This document shows, one piece after another, positions 60,367 through 64,000 of a stretch of 64,000 bases of DNA (position 1 is its first letter; each line of letters starts with the position of its first letter). The notes below the pieces were generated by a model. That model was given only the letters and a program-made list of their open reading frames with translations, did no database searches and was not told the DNA's origin. A program made the translations under genes and the position numbers. Source of the stretch: Takakia lepidozioides (taxonomy: Eukaryota; Plantae; Bryophyta); assembly GCA_030704615.1 (NCBI GenBank), contig CM060732.1, positions 14,074,001-14,138,000 of the forward strand, written 5' to 3'.

Positions 60367-62815
60367 TTAATCGTAGGGACCCAGTGTTGTGTGGTCCACC
60401 CTTGCCATCATGCGTAGCATTCTAGGCGAGTGCTGACTCTCTTCCACATTTGCCAGAGCCGGGTGTGTCGCTCTTGCTACGGCGACATGCAATTTTTCAA
60501 TTAAATCCGATATGTTTGGAAGTGACAAGAACACCCCTGGAATAAGGGCAACTTGGTCACGCCATGTGTTCTGCCAATACTTTAGAACACTCGTGATGGC
60601 ATCCTTGAAATTGTCCAACACCTCCTCCTGCTGGGGGTCTCTGCGCAACTCTGGAAGAAATGGCCCATCATCCCGACGAGGCACCCAGTACGTCTCATTC
60701 ATATCCTCCCAATGGATGCTAGCGGCCTCCAACTCCCTCAGAAATAGGTCTCTCCTAATCTGTTCGCGATTGTATGGGTCGTTTTCCACTGGCACCCACG
60801 GATCCTCAAGCAGTCGGAAGAATCTTTGTCTGGTACAGCTCCAATGCCCTCCCAAGTTCCGGCAAAAAAGCTCCCTTTGGACTAGGTCCCGTATGCCTCT
60901 AGCACGCACGGTTATTTCCCAGTTGGATGTCACCCAAAAGGTCACCGAATCTTTAACCCTAGTTAACGTCTTCGCATCCAAGGCGTGCATCTCTCTTGGA
61001 GCATCCCATGTCATTGTCTCCCCCCCAGTGCTGCCAATTTAAAAAATCGTAAGGCGATACATCCAATGGCATGTTGTACTGGTTGTACTCGTATCTCGTG
61101 GGCATATTGTCTTGCAACCCAAACAACTCGTAGAAACGTCGATGGATTGGTCCACGGCAGTCAGGGCATTGGTTGGCTCGCATGGCTGCCGATATGAGAC
61201 ATGTGGGATGGAACAAATGGCCACATGAACCAAGCATATAGCCTTCCTCCGGTCCATAAGGGTTTAGGCACATTGTGCACACCGTACCATCTGTTACCCA
61301 TGACGCTGGATTGCCCTGTGGTATCCACATCCGTTTATCCTCATTAATGTAGGATGACATCCTCGGCCTGGTGTCCCACTCCTCCTCTACTTCCAAATCC
61401 CAGTTTATGCTATTATTGGTATCGGAAATTGTATGCACACAGTGCTCAAACATGGCATGCACATCACCCCATGTGGTGAATCCAGTGTACTTCGACGTGA
61501 ATACATCACGCAAAGTGTCGTGCCTTTGCAAATTAGCATAGATGCTATCTATGCTTCGATTCGACAAACGTGCTGCACGTTGGAGGGAGGACAACGCTTC
61601 TTCTATCCGTGTTTCCCGCGAGGCTAGATGGCCCGCCCATGTCACCCAATTCCGCCAATTCCCCTTCAACCATGGCCACGATCGGATTTGCATGGCATTT
61701 GAGTACCTATATGCAACAGCCCTAGCTTGCTCGCGTTCCCCCACAAGCTGCTCTAATTCCTGTTCTTGGGCCGATGTAATTTGCACGGCTGAACATTCCC
61801 CAGTTTCCACTATGAGGTCCTTCCCTTTTCTTGCCCTCTCCGCCGCAAGTCTTTCTTCCTCAACCCTCGCCGGGTTCAGTTCAAACGTTTGCACTTCATT
61901 CCCATACCCAATTGAGTCAACCCCGTCGATGACGCGGTCAATGTCCATTGGTGGCATATTCAAACGCGCCAATATGTCTTGCTCGTTGGTGATTGGCCTC
62001 GGGTCCTGAAGCACACCACGTACGCTGTCGAGAGTCCCCAACCCCATTCTTTCCAGCAACTTCGCTATTTGCCACTGTTGCAAATGAACAATGTCATGCA
62101 GGTCTTTGATGTGTTGTTCATGTGCGGCCAACTATTCCTCCAACAGAGAGCGTACCTCGCCCCCCTCCACCTCAGACGTTGAAGGCCCGGCTGCGGAAAC
62201 CTGTTGCGGCGTATAATCTGGAGGTTGGTCTGCATTTCCTCTTTCTTCCACATCGTCGTTTCCATCCGCCTTTCCTCCTTCTTCCACCTCGTCGTTTCCA
62301 TCAAACCGTATGATGTCCTGCCCCTGACGTATATACGAGTCTGGGATATCAGAGAACATGTATAGTCTAGTACGTTGTCTCGCAATGGCAGTTTGCCAAT
62401 CCACCGGTCGCAATAAAATCAACTATGTGTACAACATGGCCGCAAATAAATACGGGACCTTGTTGTTGACGAGCGGTTGACCCCACAATGTTGTATGTAC
62501 CTCCTCTGCCCTGTGGTGGAAATGCGGTTTGGCGCAGGAATGCAAACTAGCTTGATTTTGTTTGGTTTGTGGATCATGCCTATCTCTGGGCCACAAACGA
62601 TTCATGTGACACCAGTCCACAAATTTCCTGCAGTCACCAAACGACCACCGCTGCCCCAACTTCCAAACTTCCCAACCTGGTTCCGCAAGAATGTTGGGGT
62701 CATTGTATATGTCCCAACGAAGTTCGCGCCTGGCCCCTTTTGGTTTTTTTTTTTGAGGTCCAGGTTCATTATTGTCATCCCTGGGATGACCTCATTTGTC
62801 TTCCTCCTCCGCCAT
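60367..62815 (-). pseudogene. Intronless RING-H2 zinc-finger protein with coiled-coil regions (~815 aa ancestral), three stops and one frameshift
   Basis: ATG at 62815; ORF pieces 62659-62423, 62422-62132 and 62131-60959 share one frame. CTMC...CGHLFHPTC...CPDC is a C3H2C3 RING. A poly-G frameshift at ~61020 continues into 61014-60367. Confidence 0.8.
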
Positions 62816-63243
62816 TTATGGCTTTGGCTTATCCCTACTCGATAGGTGTTTGCTAAGAAAAATGCTCTCCCAACCCTCCTAAATCATACCTAATCCTACT
62901 CCCTAATGAATCCTCCCCAAGTACTAGAGGCACGTGTCACTCCCTCGGCAGTTCTAAGTGATATAACGCAATGTGCAATGAAAAAAATGTGGGTGCTAGA
63001 GGAGGGCTTCCCGGGAGGTACTCAGCATCGATTTCGTAGAATCCAACGGCCCAAAATACCCCCCACCCAACCAAAAGCACCCCTCTCTACTTGGACTCAA
63101 TGACAAGGAATGCAACATCCCATCGCCTACCAAGTCCTGGTGTGGAGAAAAGTGACGGAGAGAATGGCCTCCAAGGCCTTATAAGCCCCCCCTCCACACT
63201 CGGGGCGTGCGTTGTCATCATGACTACGCACGCTAGTAATAGC

Positions 63244-63980
63244 TGCGACCGCCAGCAGGGGTGGTCGCACCTTTTTTTCTTTTCTTTATTATGTGCGACC
63301 ACCAGCAGAGGGGTGGTTGCAGAATTTTTATTTTTTTTAATAGGTACGACCACCACCAGGGGGGTGGTCGCAGATTTTTATTTTTTTTAATCAGCAGGGA
63401 GGTGGTCGCATAATTTTTCTTTTTTTTAATAGGCGCGACCACCAACAGAGGGGTGGTCGCAGAAATTTTGTTTAAAACAAATAGGTGCGACCACCACCTG
63501 CTGGTGGTCGCACTATTTTCATTTTCTTTAATAGATGCGACCACCAGCAGGGGGGTGGTCGTAGGGGGGTGGTCACATAATTTTCCGATTTTTTAATATC
63601 TACCAACAGTCAGTAGCTCAATTGGTTAAGTGCACTGAATGCGACCCGGACGATTATGGGGTCAAATCTTGCTACTTGATGGGTGTGGTATGGTTCGTGT
63701 GTGGTGCCCCATTCCTACGCCTCTTGGCGCATAAATGAAAGAGGTTATTTTCTCCTCTCACTACTAAGGGGCCTGATTTGTGAGCTGTCGCTCCCAGGTG
63801 TTTCCCAAAAAAATAAAAAATCTGCAACCACCAGCAGGGGTAATCAGTAAATCAGTAAATAGGTGTGACTACCAGCAGGGGCATGGTTGCAACATTTTTC
63901 TTTTATTTTAACAGTTGCGACGACCGCTACTGGTGGTCACACAATTGTTTTTTTTCTTAAAGGTGCGACCACCAGGAGAT
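63244..63980. repeat. ~50-bp-period array of TGCGACCACC-N6-8-GGTGGTCGCA hairpins with T-rich linkers
   Basis: About 10-11 copies (e.g. 63244, 63294, 63346, 63434, 63486, 63536, 63867, 63916); continues to the window edge. Confidence 0.85.
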
Positions 63981-64000
63981 TGGTCCCCTTGCACCTGTAT

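Overview
This is eukaryotic, TE-rich nuclear DNA from a land plant; the TE families suggest a non-seed plant such as a bryophyte or lycophyte (inference). There are two host genes: a SKIP35-like ankyrin-repeat gene (+, ~15.3-18.8 kb) and an ~11-exon YaaW/At1g73470-like gene (-, 25.7-37.4 kb) whose 6.7-kb intron holds three copies of a TC-microsatellite-targeting LINE. LTR retroelements include a very young intact Ty3/gypsy chromovirus (67-7038, 5-bp TSD, nested in an older integrase), a decayed copy of the same family, two divergently arranged non-chromoviral gypsy copies (one with extra 5' and 3' coding regions), a solo LTR and a 268-bp TRIM. Other TEs are hAT- and Mutator-type MITEs, a MULE-like transposase relic and RLE-type LINE fragments. 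The most unusual items are (1) a TRIM whose LTR carries a 72-nt tRNA-like cloverleaf; (2) a symmetric cassette at 54.8-64 kb: 53-bp-phased palindrome array, atypical kinase, inverted 120-bp array, RING gene, second palindrome array, possibly a large undescribed mobile element; and (3) a compact structured RNA (GNRA/UUCG loops, loop-E motif, compensatory change) at the 3' end of the RLE-LINE. No genuine CRISPR array, rRNA gene or functional tRNA gene is supported. Family assignments are from recalled motifs, not database searches.
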